DNA of 64,000 nt from Candidatus Eiseniibacteriota bacterium (lineage in GTDB: Bacteria > Eisenbacteria > RBG-16-71-46): NCBI GenBank assembly GCA_044223005.1, contig JBGAML010000003.1, positions 256,001 to 320,000 of the forward strand, in the 5' to 3' direction. A program made the position numbers and the translations under genes. Numbering within the stretch: the first letter of the stretch is position 1; the number at the start of each line of letters is the position of its first letter. The notes below the pieces were generated by a model. It ran no database searches. It had not been told where the DNA came from and saw only the letters and a list, made by a program, of their open reading frames with translations. This document shows, piece after piece, positions 18,065 through 29,467 of the stretch.

Positions 18065-20035
18065 TCAGTGGATCCGGAAGCGCTCCACCACCGCGAGCAG
18101 CTTCTCGCTGGCGTCCGTGGACTCGCCGGTGGCGGCCGCCAGTTCGCCGGCGCGCCCCGCCATCTGCCGGACGGCGCCGTCCATCTCGTCCATGGCGCAG
18201 CGCACCTCGTCCAGGCCCGCCGACTGCTCCGCGCTCGCGCGGGCGATCTCGGCCACGCGCTGGCCCGCGTCGCGCACCGCGGCGACGATCTGTTCGAGGT
18301 TCTCGCCCGAGCGGCGCACCAGTTGCGCGCCGGCATTCACGCGGTCGTCGGTCTCCCGCACCAGCTCGCGGATGTCCTTCGCGCTCGCCGCGCAGCGGCC
18401 CGCCAGCTGGCGCACCTCCGCAGCGACCACGGCGAAGCCGCGGCCCTGCTCCCCGGCGCGCGCGGCCTCGACCGCGGCATTCAGCGCGAGCAGGTTGGTA
18501 CGGAACGCGATCTCGTCGATCACTTCGACGATTTCGGTGATGCGCCGCGCCTGCGTCTCGACCTGGTGCATGGCGTCGACGGCGTCGCGCACCACGGCGC
18601 CGCCCTGCTCGGCGACCGTCCGCGCGTCGCCGGCGCTGCGGTGCGCCGCGCGCGCCGCTTCGGCCGTGCGCTGCGTCGTGTCGGCCAGCTGCTGCACGCG
18701 GCCGTTCGTCGCGTCGAGCCGCTCGGCCTGCTCGCGCGACGTCGCCGCGAGGTCGTCGCTCGCCGCGGCGTAGGCCCGCGAGGTCTCGCGCAGCACGCCG
18801 CCCGCCTCGCGCGCCTCGCGCATCGCCTCGCGCGTGCTGCCCACCGCGCGATCGAGCGCCGTGGCGAGCCGCGCGAGCTCGTCCTCGCCCGGGACCGCGA
18901 GCGTCTGCGTGAGGTCACCCTCGGCCACGCGCTCCAGCACGGCGACGCCGCGCCCGAGGGGCGCGAGCACGCGGCGCGCGGTCCAGCCGGCCGCGGCGAC
19001 GATCGGCACCAGCGCGAGCAGCAGCCCGGCCAGCACCGCGAACGTCGTCGCGCGCACCGGCGCGAGCACCGTGGAGCGGGGCACCGTGACCACGAGCGCC
19101 CACACCTCCGCGCTCGTCCCGACGCGGAACGGCACCAGCGTGCGCTCGACCTCGGTGCGCAGCCACGGGTCGCGCCCCACGAGCCGCACCGCTTCTCCGC
19201 GTCCGAGCGCGGGCCAGATCCGCGCGAGATCGCCCAACTCCGACGCCGGGTGGCCGAGCCGCGACGGGTCCGGATGGCTCACCCACAGGCCGCCCTGGCT
19301 CACGAGCCCGAGCACGCCGTCGCCCATCGGGTGGTGCGCCGACAGCCGGCGCTGCACGTCCGAGAGCGCGACGTCCGCGCCCGCGACCGCGATGAACCGG
19401 CCGCGGTCCCAGAACGGCACGCACAGGCTCGTCATCAGGATCGAGTCGCGTCCGACCATGTCCTTGTATGGCTCCATCAGCATCTCGCGCCCGGCGCGCC
19501 GCGGCAGCCAGTAGAAGTCGCCCGATTCGTAGCCCGGCGACGTGGGCTGCGGCTTCAGCCCTTCTTCGCGCCGCACCCACCACGGCATGAACCGTCCCTG
19601 CTCGTCGGCGTCTGGCTGGCCGCGGTGCGCGGCGTCGGCGCCGTCGAACGTTTCGCGATCGAACTCCACCCACGTGCCCACCGCCTGCGGCACGCGCGCC
19701 ACGGCCCGCGCCACGAGGGACTCGGCGAGCGCCCGCGACGGGGCACCCGAACGCCGCAGGACGACGATACCGTCCGCGAGATTGCGCGCCGTCTGGAACG
19801 GAACCTCGAACGCGGGGTAGACCTCGTCGGCGCTCGCGCGCGCGATCGCCTCGAGCTGCGCGTGCGCGTTGCGCTCCGCCTGCGAGTGGAGTCGCAGGGA
19901 GAGCCCCACGGCGAGAGTGCCCAGCACCACGGCCGCGACCAGGACCTGCGACAGCGCGAGGCGCCGGGCGATGCTGCGGCGGCCCGCGCGCGCGAGCGCG
20001 CCGGGCAGGAACGAGGCGAGGCGTCCGATGTTCAT
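18065..20035 (-). CDS. Methyl-accepting chemotaxis protein (Cache sensor, HAMP)
   Basis: Two TMs, Cache-like LMEPYKD, HAMP (DELARL) and signalling hairpin [34 protein letters not shown]. Confidence 0.93.
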   Translation of the reverse strand: MNIGRLASFLPGALARAGRRSIARRLALSQVLVAAVVLGTLAVGLSLRLHSQAERNAHAQLEAIARASADEVYPAFEVPFQTARNLADGIVVLRRSGAPSRALAESLVARAVARVPQAVGTWVEFDRETFDGADAAHRGQPDADEQGRFMPWWVRREEGLKPQPTSPGYESGDFYWLPRRAGREMLMEPYKDMVGRDSILMTSLCVPFWDRGRFIAVAGADVALSDVQRRLSAHHPMGDGVLGLVSQGGLWVSHPDPSRLGHPASELGDLARIWPALGRGEAVRLVGRDPWLRTEVERTLVPFRVGTSAEVWALVVTVPRSTVLAPVRATTFAVLAGLLLALVPIVAAAGWTARRVLAPLGRGVAVLERVAEGDLTQTLAVPGEDELARLATALDRAVGSTREAMREAREAGGVLRETSRAYAAASDDLAATSREQAERLDATNGRVQQLADTTQRTAEAARAAHRSAGDARTVAEQGGAVVRDAVDAMHQVETQARRITEIVEVIDEIAFRTNLLALNAAVEAARAGEQGRGFAVVAAEVRQLAGRCAASAKDIRELVRETDDRVNAGAQLVRRSGENLEQIVAAVRDAGQRVAEIARASAEQSAGLDEVRCAMDEMDGAVRQMAGRAGELAAATGESTDASEKLLAVVERFRIH

Positions 20036-20278
20036 CCGGGCTCCGGAAACGGGGAAAGGCGCCGCGCACGGGGCCGGCGTGCGGCTCGCGCGAAACGTGG
20101 CGAACCCCCGGAAGTCTCGGCGGTTCGCGCGCGGACTGGAGGCGTTCCGGCGACGCGTCCCGGCCGCCCGCAAGTGACGGCGAGCAGGGCCGCAGCGGCG
20201 TTGGCCGCTGCGGCGCGCGCGGCCTTATAGTGACTTCGCGCTCCCCGCTGCGGGGGAGCCACAACCCATCGAGGCACC

Positions 20279-21874
20279 ATGGCCACCGATTCGACCCGCA
20301 GGATCCTCTGGGCCGACGACGAGATCGATCTTCTCAAGCCGCACATCCGCTTCCTGGAGCAGAAGGGCTACGCGGTCACCGCGGTGCCCAATGGCGAGGA
20401 CGCGCTCGCCGCGCTCGAGAAGGAGCGCTTCGACGTGCTCCTGATCGACGAGATGATGCCGGGCCTGGGCGGTCTCGAGACGCTGGACCAGCTCAAGGCG
20501 CGCGGGCTCGCGCTCCCGGTCGTGCTCATCACGAAGAGTGAAGAGGAGCGGCTCATGGAGGAGGCGATCGGCAAGCGCATCACCGATTACCTCACCAAGC
20601 CCGTCAACCCTTCGCAGGTGTTCCTCGCCTGCAAGCGCGTGTTCGACTCGCAGAAGCTGCAGGACTCCCAGCGCGCGCGCGACTACGTCGGCGAGATGCA
20701 GCGCTGGCAGACCATGGACCGGCGCCGGCTCGACTGGCAGGGCTGGGTCGACCTCGCGGTCGACGTCGCCCGCTGGGACGTCGGGCTGGACGGCGCGCCG
20801 GAGGCCGGGCTGCAGCAGGCGCACGGCGACTTCCGCCGCAACCTCAACATCGATTTCGGGCGGCTGGTCGAGACGCAGTATCCCGGCTGGGTGCTCGCGG
20901 CCTCGAAGGGCAAGACGGAAGACCGGCCCATGCTCTCGTGCGACGTCGTCCGCCACGCCGTCGTGCCGCACCTCAAGGCCGGCCGCCGCGTCATGTTCGT
21001 GGTCGTCGACTGCATGCGGCTCGACCAGTGGTTCACGCTGGAGCCGCTGCTCGAGGAGTGGTTCGAGGTCCAGCGCGAGTACTACTGCTCGATCCTGCCG
21101 ACGGCGACGCCCTACTCGCGCAACTCGATCTTCGCCGGTCTCCTGCCCGCGGAACTCCACCGCCGCCATCCGGACCTGTGGCAGGAGAGCAGCAACGACG
21201 AGCGCACGCGCAACCGGTTCGAGCGCCAGCTGATGGACTTCCAGCTCGGGCGGCTCGGCGTCACGCTGCCGACCGCGCCCAAGTACATCAAGGTCTACGA
21301 CCAGGACGAGGCCATCAACACGCGCCGGCAGATCCATTCGCTGGCCGGCATGCCGCTCGTGTCGATGGTGTTCAACTTCCTCGACATCCTCGCGCACGGC
21401 CGCAGCGAGAGCGACATCCTGAAGGAACTGGCGCCCGACGAGGCCGCTTTCCGCGCCGTCATGAAGGCGTGGTTCACGCACTCGCCGCTGTTCGAGATCT
21501 TCCAGGCGCTGTCCACGCAGGACGTGACCGTGGTGGTCACGACCGACCACGGCGCCGTGCTGGGCCGGCGCGCGGCGCTCGTGCACGGCAACCGCGACAC
21601 GTCCACCAACCTGCGCTACAAGTTCGGGCTCAACCTCAACACCGACACCAAGCAGGCCATCATCGTGCGCAAGCCGATGGAGTACCAGCTCCCGGACGAC
21701 GGCGTGAACAAGAACTACGTGCTGGCGCGCGAGGACTACTACTTCGTCTACCCGACCAAGTTCCACGAGTACGAACGCCAGTACCGCGGCTCGTTCCAGC
21801 ACGGCGGCGCCTCCATGGAGGAGATGATCCTGCCGCTCATGACGCTGAAGCCCCGCGCGCCGCGCACGACGTGA
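20279..21874 (+). CDS. porX: PorX-like response regulator: receiver domain plus PglZ/alkaline-phosphatase domain
   Basis: ILWADDEIDLLKPH, DEMMPG, ITKSEEE, ILPTATPYSRNSIFAG, TTDHG and FQHGGASMEEMILP; sits directly upstream of tsaE. Confidence 0.88.
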   Translation: MATDSTRRILWADDEIDLLKPHIRFLEQKGYAVTAVPNGEDALAALEKERFDVLLIDEMMPGLGGLETLDQLKARGLALPVVLITKSEEERLMEEAIGKRITDYLTKPVNPSQVFLACKRVFDSQKLQDSQRARDYVGEMQRWQTMDRRRLDWQGWVDLAVDVARWDVGLDGAPEAGLQQAHGDFRRNLNIDFGRLVETQYPGWVLAASKGKTEDRPMLSCDVVRHAVVPHLKAGRRVMFVVVDCMRLDQWFTLEPLLEEWFEVQREYYCSILPTATPYSRNSIFAGLLPAELHRRHPDLWQESSNDERTRNRFERQLMDFQLGRLGVTLPTAPKYIKVYDQDEAINTRRQIHSLAGMPLVSMVFNFLDILAHGRSESDILKELAPDEAAFRAVMKAWFTHSPLFEIFQALSTQDVTVVVTTDHGAVLGRRAALVHGNRDTSTNLRYKFGLNLNTDTKQAIIVRKPMEYQLPDDGVNKNYVLAREDYYFVYPTKFHEYERQYRGSFQHGGASMEEMILPLMTLKPRAPRTT

Positions 21875-22341
21875 ACGGACCGGTGCGTCGCACGGACTCG
21901 GTGGAGGCCACCGAGCGGCTCGGCGCCGCGTTCGCGCCCGCGCTGCGCGCCGGCGACGTCGTGGTGCTGACGGGCGACCTCGGCGCGGGCAAGACGCGCT
22001 TCGTCGCCGGGCTCGCGCGCGGGCTCGCGCCGCGCGCGCACGTGCGCAGCCCCTCGTTCACGCTGGTCAACGAGTACGCGGGCGAACCCGCGCTGTTCCA
22101 CCTCGATCTCTACCGGCTCGGCACCGGCGAAGTGGACGGGCTCGGGCTCGAGGAATACGCCGAGCGAGGCGTGCTCGCCGTGGAGTGGGGCGAGCGGCTG
22201 CCGTCGGCGTGGCGGGAGGAAGCGCTCGCGCTCGCGTTCGAGGGCGCCGGCGACGAGCCGCGCACCGTGACCGCATCCGCCGCCGCCGGGCGCGGCCTCG
22301 AGCTGCTCGCCGCGTGGCGCGCGCTGCCGGAGGCGCCGTGA
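21871..22341 (+). CDS. tsaE: tRNA t6A biosynthesis ATPase TsaE
   Basis: GDLGAGKT, SPSFTLVNEY, HLDLYRL and VEWGE motifs; GTG overlaps the upstream stop. Confidence 0.96.
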   Translation: MNGPVRRTDSVEATERLGAAFAPALRAGDVVVLTGDLGAGKTRFVAGLARGLAPRAHVRSPSFTLVNEYAGEPALFHLDLYRLGTGEVDGLGLEEYAERGVLAVEWGERLPSAWREEALALAFEGAGDEPRTVTASAAAGRGLELLAAWRALPEAP

Positions 22342-23510
22342 CCGGCCTCGCGATCGAGTCGGCGACCGACCACGTCGAGGTCGCCGTGATCTCGCCCGAC
22401 GGCGTGCTCGCGCACCTCGTCGAGAACGTGGGCCACGGGCACACGCGCCGACTCACGCCGCTCGTGCGCGAGGCGCTCGCGCAGGCGAACACCGCGCCGC
22501 GCACGCTCGCCTGGGTCGCCGCCGACCTCGGCCCCGGCTCGTTCACCGGTGTGCGCGTCGGGCTCGCCACCGCGCGTGCGTTCGCGCTCGCCGCGGGCGC
22601 CCGGCGCTTCGGCGCCTCGTCGCTGGCCGCACTCGCACACGCCGCGCCCGCGAAGCGCGCGCTGGTCGTGCCGCTCGTGGGCGCCGGCCGGCAGGACGTG
22701 TACGCCGGCTTCTTCCGCACCGCCGGCCGCGGCCGCGTCGCGCTCGTCGCCGCGCCGCGCGTGCTGCGCGCCACCGCCGTGGCCGAAGCCGCCGCCGAGA
22801 CGCTCGCGCTGCTGCCCGGCCACGCGCTGCGCTTCGTCGGCCCCGGTGCCGGCCGCGAGCACGAGCGTCTCGAGGCCGCGTTCCCCGGCTCGACCGCGCC
22901 CGCGTTCCGCCACGACGGCCTCTCGGCGCTCGACCTCGCCGCCGCCGCGCGCGCGCCGTTCGGGCCCGGCGCCGGCCTGCCCGCGACCGGGCACGAGAGC
23001 TCGCCCGTCTACGTGCGCTCGGCGCAGGCCGAGGAGCGCGTGCGGCATGCGCTCACCGGCGAGCGGCCCGTCCGCGTGCGTGCGATGACGCCGGACGACA
23101 TTCCGGCCGTGGTCGCGGTCGAGCGGATCGTGTTCTCGGACCCGTGGGCCGAGTCCTTCTTCCGCGACCTGCTCGGCCAGGCCGGGACGTGGGCGCGGAT
23201 CGCCGAGCGCGACGGCGCGCTGGCCGGCTACGCCGTCACCGCGATCCGGTCGCCGCAGGCCGATCTCGAGAACATCGCCACCGTTCCGGGCCAGCGCCGC
23301 AACGGCGTGGCCCGCACGCTGCTGCTGGACGCGCTGGCCGCGGCCGGGGAACGGGCCGCCGCGCAGGTCGTGCTCGAAGTGCGGGTCAGCAACGACGCCG
23401 CGCAGGCACTCTACCGGGCGCACGGATTCCGGCTCGTCGGGCTGCGTCCGGGGTACTACCGGCATCCCGACGAAGACGCGGTGGTCATGGCCCGGGATCT
23501 GGGCGCCTGA
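22338..23510 (+). CDS. tsaB-rimI: Fused TsaB / RimI-like N-acetyltransferase
   Basis: N-terminal LAIESAT...GPGSFTGVRVG (TsaB); C-terminal FSDPW...LEVRVSNDAAQALY...GF...RPGYY...EDAVVM (RimI); no stop between them. Confidence 0.9.
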   Translation: MTGLAIESATDHVEVAVISPDGVLAHLVENVGHGHTRRLTPLVREALAQANTAPRTLAWVAADLGPGSFTGVRVGLATARAFALAAGARRFGASSLAALAHAAPAKRALVVPLVGAGRQDVYAGFFRTAGRGRVALVAAPRVLRATAVAEAAAETLALLPGHALRFVGPGAGREHERLEAAFPGSTAPAFRHDGLSALDLAAAARAPFGPGAGLPATGHESSPVYVRSAQAEERVRHALTGERPVRVRAMTPDDIPAVVAVERIVFSDPWAESFFRDLLGQAGTWARIAERDGALAGYAVTAIRSPQADLENIATVPGQRRNGVARTLLLDALAAAGERAAAQVVLEVRVSNDAAQALYRAHGFRLVGLRPGYYRHPDEDAVVMARDLGA

Positions 23511-23622
23511 AACCCCGGCCGGCGCCGGGTTGTGCTCCCGGGCCGCATGGGCTACTAAAGGCGGGATGCGGAGGGTCGCCGGCGGCGGCCGCCGCCCCGA
23601 GAGGAAGGAGTCCCGCCCCGCA

Positions 23623-24561
23623 ATGTCCTGGCTCAAGCGCGAACGCACCGGCATCAAGACGACGACGGGCCAGCGGCCCGAGCGCTCCGACGTGCCCGAG
23701 GGTCTCTGGACCAAGTGCGACGGCTGCGGCGAGGCGCTCTTCCAGACCGTGCTCGAGGAGCACCTCTGGACCTGCCCGCATTGCGACCACCACTTCCGCG
23801 TGCCCGCGCGCACCTACGCCGGCTACCTGCTCGACGACGGCAGCTTCGCCGAGCGGCACGTGAACCTGGTGGCGGGCGACCCGCTCGAGTTCCGCGACGC
23901 CAAGATGCGCTACCCCGACCGGCTCGCCGCGGCGCAGAAGGAGACGGGCGAGAAGGATGCCGCGATCGCCGGCGCGGCCACGATCGGTGGCGTGCCCGTG
24001 TCGGTCGCGCTGATGAACTTCTTCTTCATGGGCGGCAGCATGGGCTCGGTCGTGGGCGAGAAGGTCGCGCGTGCGATCGAGGACGGCATCGCCGAACGGC
24101 GCGCGGTCGTGGTGGTCTCGGCCACCGGTGGCGCGCGCATGCAGGAAGGCATCCTCTCGCTCATGCAGATGGCGAAGACCTCGGTGCTGCTGGCGCGGCT
24201 GCGCGAGCAGCGACTGCCGTTCGTCTCCGTGCTCACCGACCCGTCCACGGCCGGCGTGCTCGCTTCGTACGCGTCGCTCGGCGACGTGATCGTGGCCGAG
24301 CCGCGCGCGCTCGTCGGCTTCGCCGGCGCCCGCGTGATCCGGCAGACCATCGGCGAGGACCTGCCGCCCGGCTTCCAGCGCGCCGAGTTCGTGCGCGAGA
24401 AGGGCTTCGTCGACACGATCGTGCACCGCAAGCAGATGCGCACCGAAGTCGGCGCGCTGCTCGGCTATTTCTGGCACAGTACGCGCGGCTTCGCGCCGGA
24501 AGGCGCCGCCTCGCCGCACGCCTACGACCCGAACGCTCCCCGTTCGACTCCGCAGGCCTGA
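23623..24561 (+). CDS. accD: Acetyl-CoA carboxylase carboxyltransferase beta subunit
   Basis: PEGLWTKC..C zinc finger, FMGGSMGSVVGEK and GGARMQEG motifs. Confidence 0.97.
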   Translation: MSWLKRERTGIKTTTGQRPERSDVPEGLWTKCDGCGEALFQTVLEEHLWTCPHCDHHFRVPARTYAGYLLDDGSFAERHVNLVAGDPLEFRDAKMRYPDRLAAAQKETGEKDAAIAGAATIGGVPVSVALMNFFFMGGSMGSVVGEKVARAIEDGIAERRAVVVVSATGGARMQEGILSLMQMAKTSVLLARLREQRLPFVSVLTDPSTAGVLASYASLGDVIVAEPRALVGFAGARVIRQTIGEDLPPGFQRAEFVREKGFVDTIVHRKQMRTEVGALLGYFWHSTRGFAPEGAASPHAYDPNAPRSTPQA

Positions 24562-24574
24562 TCCCGACGACCCC

Positions 24575-25897
24575 GTGACCTCGTCGCTGCAGCGCCGCCT
24601 CGAAGCCCTCTGGGGGCTGGAGCGCCGGCGCGACAAACTCGGCCTCGACGGCACGCGCACGCTCCTGTCGGCGCTCGGTGAGCCGCAGGCGCGATTCCGC
24701 GCCGTGCACGTCGCCGGCACCAACGGCAAGGGCTCCGTGTGCGCGCTCGTCGAGCGCGTGCTGCGGGCCGCCGCCGTGCGCACGGGCCTGTTCACGTCGC
24801 CGCACCTCGTCGATTTCCGCGAGCGCATCCGCGTCGACGGCGCCTGGCCCGACGAGGCCGCGCTCGAGGCCCGGCTCGCCGCGATCGAAGCGATCGCCGC
24901 CGGCACCGACCGCACGTTCTTCGAGATCTCGACCGCGCTCGCGTTCGACTGGTTCGCCGGGCAGGCCGTGGACTGGGGCGTGATCGAGGTCGGGCTCGGC
25001 GGGCGGCTCGACACCACCAACGTGCTCGTGCCGCGGATCACCGCGATCACTTCGATCGGGATCGAGCACGCCGAGATCCTCGGCGACACGCACGCGAAGA
25101 TCGCCGCGGAGAAGGCCGGGATCCTCAAGCCCGGCGTGCCCGCGGTGACCGGCGTCGAGCACGACGCCGCCGCGACCGTGATCGCGCACGCCGCGCGTGC
25201 CGTGGGCGCGCCGCTGCACGTGGCGCGCGATCTCGTGGACGTGAAGCAGGCGCAGTACGGCCCGTGGGGCACGCGCCTCACGGTGGAGTGCGAGCCGTGG
25301 GGCACGTTCCAGCTGCAGACGCCGCTGCGCGGCGGGCACCAGCGCGAGAACGCGCGTGTCGCGCTCGCGATCCTGTCGCTGCTCGCGCGTGCGGGCGAGG
25401 TTCGCGTCCCGCTCGCCGCCGTGCGCGCGGGCTTCGCCGAAGTGCGCTGGCCCGGCCGGCTCGAACCGTCGCCGACCGTGCGGCGGCTGTGGTGGGACGG
25501 TGCGCACAACCTGGACGGCCTGCGGCGCATGGCGCACGCGTGGCGTGACGAGATGGGCATGGAGCCCCCCGCGGGGATCGTGTTCGCGACCGCTCGCGAC
25601 AAGGACGCCCGCGCGATGCTGCAGCGGCTCGGGGCGTTCGCGCCCGGCGCGCGGCTCGTGCTCACGCGCACGCGGAGCGAGCGCGCGACGCCGCCCGAGG
25701 TGCTCGCCGAGCACGCGGCCGCGCTCGGGCTCGCGCACGAGATCGCGCCGGGCGTGCGCGAGGCGCTGGAGCCCTGGCTCGACCACGGCTCCGACGGCCG
25801 CGGCCGCGCCGGCGGGCGCGTGCTGCTCTGCGGCTCGCTGTTCGCGGTGGGCGAGGCCATGGAGGCGTTCGGCGGCGCGCCGGGCGAGCGTCAGTGA
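24575..25897 (+). CDS. folC: Folylpolyglutamate/dihydrofolate synthase
   Basis: HVAGTNGKGS, FTSPHL, EVGLGGRLDTTN, WPGR and DGAHN motifs. Confidence 0.96.
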   Translation: MTSSLQRRLEALWGLERRRDKLGLDGTRTLLSALGEPQARFRAVHVAGTNGKGSVCALVERVLRAAAVRTGLFTSPHLVDFRERIRVDGAWPDEAALEARLAAIEAIAAGTDRTFFEISTALAFDWFAGQAVDWGVIEVGLGGRLDTTNVLVPRITAITSIGIEHAEILGDTHAKIAAEKAGILKPGVPAVTGVEHDAAATVIAHAARAVGAPLHVARDLVDVKQAQYGPWGTRLTVECEPWGTFQLQTPLRGGHQRENARVALAILSLLARAGEVRVPLAAVRAGFAEVRWPGRLEPSPTVRRLWWDGAHNLDGLRRMAHAWRDEMGMEPPAGIVFATARDKDARAMLQRLGAFAPGARLVLTRTRSERATPPEVLAEHAAALGLAHEIAPGVREALEPWLDHGSDGRGRAGGRVLLCGSLFAVGEAMEAFGGAPGERQ

Positions 25898-28800
25898 GGC
25901 GCGTCGCGCTGCTGCTCGCGATCGCCGCCGCGCTGATCCTGCCCGCGGCCGGCCGTGGCGCGCCCGCGGGGCCGCCCGAACCTCCGTTCCGGATCAGCGC
26001 CGACAACCTGACCGGCGGGCGCGAGCCCGACGGCGACGTGCTCTACCTGAACGGCAACCTGCGCGTGACGCGCGGGCGCACGGTGCTCACCGCCGACAAC
26101 GGCCGCTACCTGCGCGCCACCGGGCTCATCGACCTCACGGGCAACGTGAAGCTCGTCGACAGCTCGACGACCGTCACCTGCGAGCACGCGACGTTCTCGG
26201 AGAACGACGACCGCCTGAACCTCGACGGCAACGTGGTGATCGTGGACAAGGAGGCGCGGCTGCACGCCCCCATGGGCTGGTACGACCGCCGTACCGGCCT
26301 CGCGCACCTGACCGGCGGCGTGTCCGGCCAGGAGAAGCAGCAGCACATCTTCGCGGACGAGGCGACCTACCTGCGCGATTCCTCGATCGTGCAGGCCCGC
26401 GGCCACGTGCGCGGTGTCGACGACGAGAGCCACTCGGACCTCGAGGCGAAGGCGGTGGACTTCGACCGCCGGACGCGCGTCGCCGTGGCGACCGGGGACC
26501 CCGTGCTGCGCTCGAAGGACGCCGACAGCAGCGTCACCGTGCTGCGCGCGCTCAAGCTGCGCGTGGATTCGAGGTCACGCGTCGCCGAGGCCATGGACTC
26601 GGTGCGCGTCGAGCGCGACACGCTGAGCGGCCGGGCCGACTACGCGCGCTTCGACGACCTGTCGGGCGAGGGCATCCTGCTCGGCTCGCCGCGGCTGTGG
26701 GACCAGGAGACGCGCGTGTCGGGCGACACGATCGAGACGCGGGCGCAGAAGCGCAAGCTCCAGCGCGTCATCGTGCGCGGCAACGCCGTCATGGACTACC
26801 TCGGTCTCCGCGCGACCAACGCCGGCGAATCGAGCCGCCTGACCGGCACGCGGCTCGAGGCGTGGGTCGGCGGCGACCACATCGACAGCCTCATGGCCAC
26901 CGGGAAGGCGAGCAACGACTACGGCTCGACCAAGAAGGCGGGGAAGACCGCCGAGCGGAACCTGGCGTACGGCGACACGATCCTCGTCTACTTCAAGGAC
27001 CGCAAGATCGACCGCGCGCGGCTGCAGTCGGGCGCGCACGGGGAATACCGGCCCGCGGTGGACGAGAAGGACACGCTCGCGGTCGCGAACGAGGTCGTGC
27101 GCTACGACGGCCGGCACATCGACTTCGTGGTCCCGAAGAACACCATCGTGCTCGACGGGCTCGCGCACCTGACCTACCGCGAGCTCGAGCTGAACGCGAA
27201 GCAGGTCGAGTTCGACAGCGAGAAGCAGACGCTGGTCGCGCGCGGCACGCCGCGGCTGCTCGACAAGGGCGACAAGGTCGACGGCCGCATGATGACCTAC
27301 GACCTCGGCTCGCGCGTGGGCACGATCTACGAGGCGAAGACCGCGTACGAGAAGGGGCTCTACCGCGGCGACCGGATCCGCAAGGTGGGGGACAACGAGC
27401 TCGACGTGATGAACGGCTCGTACACGACGTGCGACCTCGACCATCCGCACTACCACTTCTCGGCGCACTACATGAAGATCTACCTCAAGGACAAGCTGGT
27501 CGCGAAGCCGGTCGTCTTCTACCTGCGCAACGTGCCCGTGCTGGCGCTGCCCTTCTACGTGTTCCCGATCAAACCCGGCCGGCACTCCGGGTTCCTGTTC
27601 CCGGCGTTCGAATTCGGGTTCAACAACCGCGCGGGCCAGTTCATCCGCAACGCCGGCTACTACTGGGCGCCCAACGACTACATGGACCTGACGCTCGCGG
27701 CCGACTACTACCAGGCCGCGCCGTCGTACACCCTGCACGCGGACGGGAACTACAAGCTCCTCTACAAGTTCGACGGCCAGTTCTCGGGCCGCTACGAGCG
27801 CAACGAGGGCAGCGGCCGCGCCGACTACGTGTTCGACGGCTGGCATTCGCAGGAAGTGACGCCGCGCACGCGCTTCATCGCCCGGGGCAACTTCGTCTCG
27901 AGCCGCGACTACAACGCCAGCGCGCTTTCGGGCTCGACGCTCGAGCAGCGGCTGAACCGCTTCCTCACGTCGAGCCTGTCGCTGTCGCACTCGGCCGACT
28001 GGGCGTCGTTCAGTGCCGTCATGGACCGGCGCCAGGATCTCGACGCCGACCAGTCGATCACCGTTCCGTTCGGCGCGAACACCGCGCCGGGGCTCTACAA
28101 GCCCGGAACGTTCGCCTCGCTGCCCAACCTGACCCTCAACTCGCCCAACCTGTCGGTGCAGTTCCCCTCGCGCACGCTGGGCAGCTACCGCTTCTTCAAG
28201 GACACGAAGGCCGAAACGCTGCTGTCGTCGACCTACCTGAGCCTCGGTACCCAGTTCCAGAGCTACAGCACGCGGCAGGCGTTCGTGCGCAACTGGCAGT
28301 ACCGCTACGACGGGCTCGGCAACGCCGTCGACTCGGCGACCGTGCTCGACCAGCGCGTGATCACGCGCCGCGGGTTCGTGACCAACTTCGGGCTCTCGGA
28401 CGCGCGGCGGCTCTTCGGCTGGCTCAACGTCTCGCCGGGCATCAGCGGCCAGGCCGTCGTGTTCGACTTCGACGAGCAGGGGCATCGCCTCGTGCCCGCC
28501 GCGACGTGGTCGTCGTCCGCCGGCATGAGTTCGACCTTCTACGGCACGTTCAAGCCCAAGCTGCCCTACGTCGCCGGCATCCGGCACGTGCTGTTCCCCA
28601 GCGTGGCGGTCAGCTATTCGCCCGCCAATCCGGGACTCCAGTACCGCGACACCTCGGGCGTGCTGCGCAACCGGTTCAACGGCTTCGGCAGCATCAATGT
28701 CTCCGCCGCCAAGAGCGCGTTCGTCACGATGGCGCTGGACCAGCGCTTCCAGGTGAAGCTCAAGAACGGCGACAAGGTGACGCGCATCGACAACCTGCTC

Positions 28801-29412
28801 AGCTGGAGTACCGCCACGAGCTACAACCTGCTCTGGCGCGAGCAGCACGCGCTGCACCCGATGACACCCATCGCGACCGTGCTCACGCTGCAGCCGCCGG
28901 GCTTCGTCTACGCGAGCGCGAACGGCACGTTCGACCAGTACAACGGCCGGCCGCTGCAGAACGGGAACTTCAACCTCGGGATGAACTTCTCGAGCAGCGG
29001 CGCGCGCAAGAACCCCGCGCCGCTCGCGACCGATGCCGCCGCGCGCAAGGACGAGATCGTCGGCCCCGCCGACTTCCGGGAGACGTGGCGCGCGTCGCTG
29101 GCCTACTCGTACAGCGGTGGCCAGTCGACGCGCGGCTGGACCGCGCAGAAGACCGCGAACGGTACGTTCTCGTACCAGATGACGCCCAACTGGCAGCTCG
29201 ACTACTCCGCCGCCTACGACGTCACCCGCGCGCAGGTGCTCTCGCAGCGCTACAGCGTCACGCGCATCATCCACTGCTGGGAAGCGACTTTCACCCGCTC
29301 GTTCGTGCCCGGCAACGAGGCGGAGTACTACTTCCGCCTGGGCGTGCGCGACCAGCGCGAGATCTACTTCGAGCGCGGCACCCGGGCCCAGAGCTTCGGC
29401 GGCATCCAATAG
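25894..29412 (+). CDS. lptD: LPS-assembly outer-membrane protein LptD-like, with extended OstA/LptA-like N-terminal region
   Basis: Signal peptide, long beta-jellyroll-like repeats, [30 protein letters not shown] and C-terminal HCWE...F barrel strands. Confidence 0.8.
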   Translation: MRRVALLLAIAAALILPAAGRGAPAGPPEPPFRISADNLTGGREPDGDVLYLNGNLRVTRGRTVLTADNGRYLRATGLIDLTGNVKLVDSSTTVTCEHATFSENDDRLNLDGNVVIVDKEARLHAPMGWYDRRTGLAHLTGGVSGQEKQQHIFADEATYLRDSSIVQARGHVRGVDDESHSDLEAKAVDFDRRTRVAVATGDPVLRSKDADSSVTVLRALKLRVDSRSRVAEAMDSVRVERDTLSGRADYARFDDLSGEGILLGSPRLWDQETRVSGDTIETRAQKRKLQRVIVRGNAVMDYLGLRATNAGESSRLTGTRLEAWVGGDHIDSLMATGKASNDYGSTKKAGKTAERNLAYGDTILVYFKDRKIDRARLQSGAHGEYRPAVDEKDTLAVANEVVRYDGRHIDFVVPKNTIVLDGLAHLTYRELELNAKQVEFDSEKQTLVARGTPRLLDKGDKVDGRMMTYDLGSRVGTIYEAKTAYEKGLYRGDRIRKVGDNELDVMNGSYTTCDLDHPHYHFSAHYMKIYLKDKLVAKPVVFYLRNVPVLALPFYVFPIKPGRHSGFLFPAFEFGFNNRAGQFIRNAGYYWAPNDYMDLTLAADYYQAAPSYTLHADGNYKLLYKFDGQFSGRYERNEGSGRADYVFDGWHSQEVTPRTRFIARGNFVSSRDYNASALSGSTLEQRLNRFLTSSLSLSHSADWASFSAVMDRRQDLDADQSITVPFGANTAPGLYKPGTFASLPNLTLNSPNLSVQFPSRTLGSYRFFKDTKAETLLSSTYLSLGTQFQSYSTRQAFVRNWQYRYDGLGNAVDSATVLDQRVITRRGFVTNFGLSDARRLFGWLNVSPGISGQAVVFDFDEQGHRLVPAATWSSSAGMSSTFYGTFKPKLPYVAGIRHVLFPSVAVSYSPANPGLQYRDTSGVLRNRFNGFGSINVSAAKSAFVTMALDQRFQVKLKNGDKVTRIDNLLSWSTATSYNLLWREQHALHPMTPIATVLTLQPPGFVYASANGTFDQYNGRPLQNGNFNLGMNFSSSGARKNPAPLATDAAARKDEIVGPADFRETWRASLAYSYSGGQSTRGWTAQKTANGTFSYQMTPNWQLDYSAAYDVTRAQVLSQRYSVTRIIHCWEATFTRSFVPGNEAEYYFRLGVRDQREIYFERGTRAQSFGGIQ

Positions 29413-29467
29413 GTCGCGCGACTCCCCGGCGGAGTCGCCGACTTCTACCGGAAATGGGACTTCCCAC

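Noticed and set aside
15668..20230. 1520-aa ORF and similar giant Arg/Ala/Gly-rich ORFs across the window (e.g. 25356-29471, 1230-4349)
   Set aside because: These are shadow frames of high-GC genes, with no recognisable motifs, and they overlap well-supported genes.
20279..21874. PglZ domain as part of a BREX defence system
   Set aside because: It is fused to a receiver domain in PorX architecture, sits beside tsaE, and has no brx genes nearby.
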